Below the pieces are notes generated by a model. It did not search any database and was not told the DNA's origin. It was given only the letters and a program-made list of their open reading frames with translations. Below are positions 23,496 to 25,435 of a stretch of 25,435 nt of DNA, one piece after another. Made by a program: the position numbers and the translations under genes. Origin of the DNA: a virus (taxonomy: Duplodnaviria > Caudoviricetes); the IMG/VR virus record IMGVR_UViG_3300020043_002809, positions 1 to 25,435 of that record; one strand, given 5' to 3'. Position 1 is the stretch's first letter. Each line of letters opens with the position of its first letter.

Positions 23496-25111
23496 AATTG
23501 AACAAACCAAAAATCCTGTTTTGATTCCGCAGCGCCTGCCATGTAACCGCCCAACGCCATAACCATACTAACCGCTCCGTCTACTTTGTCCCCTGATTTG
23601 GCCTTGTCAATTTTAACATTCCCTGCTGGATCCGTTTTCAAATATATGTTTCCCATCATCCACCTAGTCACAGGATTGCCGTCATGTGTTAACTCTTTAT
23701 TTTTTACTTTCCGCTCCAACTCCTTAGTAGGCGCGCTCATGCTTACAAATCCTTGGCCAAATGGGTACATGCTTAGCCCGTCATTTGTTAACTGGATAAC
23801 TAGCTGGCTGCTGTTGTAACGGTCATAGCTTATCTCCTGCACGTTATACCGTTCACACAATTCGCCGATATGCTTCCGAATATAATCGTAATCGGTTACG
23901 TTCCCCGGTGTTTCAATTATCCACCCGTCGCGCTGCCACTGTTTATATTGCTGCCCTACTGAATCTGTCCGCCTGCGTATTGCTTCCTCGGGTAAATAGT
24001 ACCAGGTGCGCACGGCGTTAAACTCAGGAAACCACAGCGAAAACGCGCAGAAATCCGACGTGCTTGCAAGGTCAAGCCCTGCATAACACTCAAGCCCATC
24101 TAAATACATATCCTGCTCGCAGGCCATCCAATCCGAGTCACTTATCCAAGTCATGGCCGTATCGGTCCACACATTCAGCAGCTTGGTTTTAAACTCAACC
24201 TCTTTGTGAACGAACTCCCGCGCCTCGGTCAGCGCTTGGTGCAACTGCCTAGGGTAAACGCTTACGCCCCAATTAGGATTAGCCTTAATCCAATTGCGCT
24301 CGTCACCCCAATCGTCGCCGTCGTCCAACGTGTAAATAATAGTGAACAACCCATCGTCTTTTAATTTCCCCTCCAACACATTCGCGCAATACACGCGGTG
24401 GCGGTAGCATGGTGCTTCGCGGTTAAATCCTGCCGTCGTAATCGTAAACAATAGCGGCTGCTTCCTTGCCCCCATGCTGTTAAATATTACGTTGTACAAT
24501 TCGTCCGTAGGGTGCGCGTGGTATTCGTCTATGCAAGCGAAGTGCGTATTTAAACCGTCCTGCTTATTCGGATTCCATTCCAGCGGCTTGTATAAATTCT
24601 GCCCGTACAATATCCGCCTGTTGTTAACGCTGTTGTTAACCGTTACCTCGCCTTTCAGCCAATCCGTATTTTGACAAACCCGAACAGATTCGCCGAATAC
24701 CATCATAGCCTGATCCAATTTCGTAGCTGCACTATAAACCTGCGCGGCCGATTCGCCGTCGGCCAATAATCCGTACAACATCAGCGCGCTGCTAAAAGTC
24801 GACTTCCCGTTTTTACGCGGAACCTCCACGTAAGCCCGTGTAAATCTGCGCGTCCCGTCAGCGTTTACAAACCCGAACAGATTAGCCACAATAAAATACT
24901 GCCACTCTTCAAGTATAAACTTACGCCCGGCATATTCGCCCGTTGTATGCTCCAGCTCTTGGATGAAATTTACCGCATGCTCAACCAGCTCGGCGTTATA
25001 ATTCCAAGCGTCCAAGTCAGCGGCAAACCTGTGGCATGCGTTCACCACATGCTTGCAGGCCGTTGTCTGTCCGCTGATTACTTTTTGCGCGTATGCTTGG
25101 GCTTTGTCCAT
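23492..25111 (-). CDS. terL: Terminase large subunit
   Basis: Walker A VPRKNGKS, Walker B CIDEYH, ITTAG, nuclease AGLDLAS..D, KVDGAVS. Confidence 0.96.
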   Translation of the reverse strand: MDKAQAYAQKVISGQTTACKHVVNACHRFAADLDAWNYNAELVEHAVNFIQELEHTTGEYAGRKFILEEWQYFIVANLFGFVNADGTRRFTRAYVEVPRKNGKSTFSSALMLYGLLADGESAAQVYSAATKLDQAMMVFGESVRVCQNTDWLKGEVTVNNSVNNRRILYGQNLYKPLEWNPNKQDGLNTHFACIDEYHAHPTDELYNVIFNSMGARKQPLLFTITTAGFNREAPCYRHRVYCANVLEGKLKDDGLFTIIYTLDDGDDWGDERNWIKANPNWGVSVYPRQLHQALTEAREFVHKEVEFKTKLLNVWTDTAMTWISDSDWMACEQDMYLDGLECYAGLDLASTSDFCAFSLWFPEFNAVRTWYYLPEEAIRRRTDSVGQQYKQWQRDGWIIETPGNVTDYDYIRKHIGELCERYNVQEISYDRYNSSQLVIQLTNDGLSMYPFGQGFVSMSAPTKELERKVKNKELTHDGNPVTRWMMGNIYLKTDPAGNVKIDKAKSGDKVDGAVSMVMALGGYMAGAAESKQDFWFVQL

Positions 25112-25311
25112 TTAACCACTACGTCCGTGCTGTCGTGATCCGTGCTAACCGTTACCGTGATGTTTTTCAAATACCGCTCAGCTAACTGCGCTAGGTATTT
25201 ATTACGATACACGTGCGGCGTGTCGCTTGGCTTGCCCCACTTGTCAACGTCCGCGCCGTCGATGGTTATTACCCAACCGCCTGCCTGCGGTTTGATTTCA
25301 AATTGTTTCAT
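25078..25311 (-). CDS. Hypothetical protein between terS and terL
   Basis: 77-aa ORF with an ATGA overlap with the upstream stop. Confidence 0.6.
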   Translation of the reverse strand: MKQFEIKPQAGGWVITIDGADVDKWGKPSDTPHVYRNKYLAQLAERYLKNITVTVSTDHDSTDVVVKWTKPKHTRKK

Positions 25312-25370
25312 GATATTTTTTTCTTTAAAATTTCTAACTTACTAGCCGGCTGCTGTTGCTGCGGAATCCT
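25308..25370 (-). CDS. C-terminal fragment of the probable terminase small subunit (P27-like)
   Basis: RIPQQQQPASKLEILKKKIS*; position upstream of terL; the rest is replaced by the inverted copy. Confidence 0.5.
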   Translation of the reverse strand, partial: RIPQQQQPASKLEILKKKIS

Positions 25371-25435
25371 AGCGCAGTTAGCTGAGCGGTATTTGAAAAA
25401 CATCACGGTAACGGTTAGCACGGATCACGACAGCA
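25368..25435. repeat. 68-bp perfect inverted copy of 25128-25195 (likely fold-back chimera)
   Basis: Exact reverse complement running to the last base of the window. Confidence 0.9.

Larger units (their letters stand above)
1..25435. mobile_element. Near-complete small siphovirus-like phage genome (HK97-type head), probable Bacteroidota host
   Basis: Full packaging, head, neck, tail, lysis and replication/recombination modules with no host genes. The left end lies in HNH and the right end in terS, which are usually neighbours across cos. Confidence 0.93.

Noticed and set aside
706-25345. Plus-strand track ORFs antisense to the minus-strand genes, minus-strand ORFs inside the exonuclease/recT operon, and nested ORFs such as 6429-6875 and 21130-21312
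   Set aside because: They are shadows of well-supported genes and lack recognisable motifs or initiation signals.
1-25435. Stop-codon reassignment
   Set aside because: Core genes are full length under the standard code, and TAA, TAG and TGA all end genes at sensible positions.

Overview
The window is a nearly complete, roughly 26 kb genome of a small tailed dsDNA phage with an HK97-type head and a non-contractile tail. The host is inferred to be Bacteroidota, from TAnnTTTG promoters and a BT4734/VirE-N primase. The minus strand, read from the right, carries a terS C-terminal fragment, terL, portal, protease, capsid, neck, tail, fibre and lysis genes. A second minus-strand block holds a Cro-like HTH gene, SF2 helicase, VRR-NUC, an array of small accessory ORFs, a DnaA-C-like HTH protein, a primase-helicase, an iteron origin and an HNH gene. 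A short plus-strand operon encodes a tRNA-like RNA and a RecE/RecT-like pair. No integrase or replicative DNA polymerase is visible. Both contig ends are fold-back inverted copies of internal sequence and are probably artefacts. The most unusual elements are non-coding: (1) a two-hairpin leader with exactly complementary 7-nt loops ending in a terminator ahead of the primase operon; (2) a tRNA-Leu-like scaffold with 92 nt in place of the anticodon and variable arms; (3) an accessory-gene array joined by a repeated GGAGG-containing junction; (4) several apparently leaderless promoters. All calls come from reading the sequence by eye; no searches or folding programs were run.
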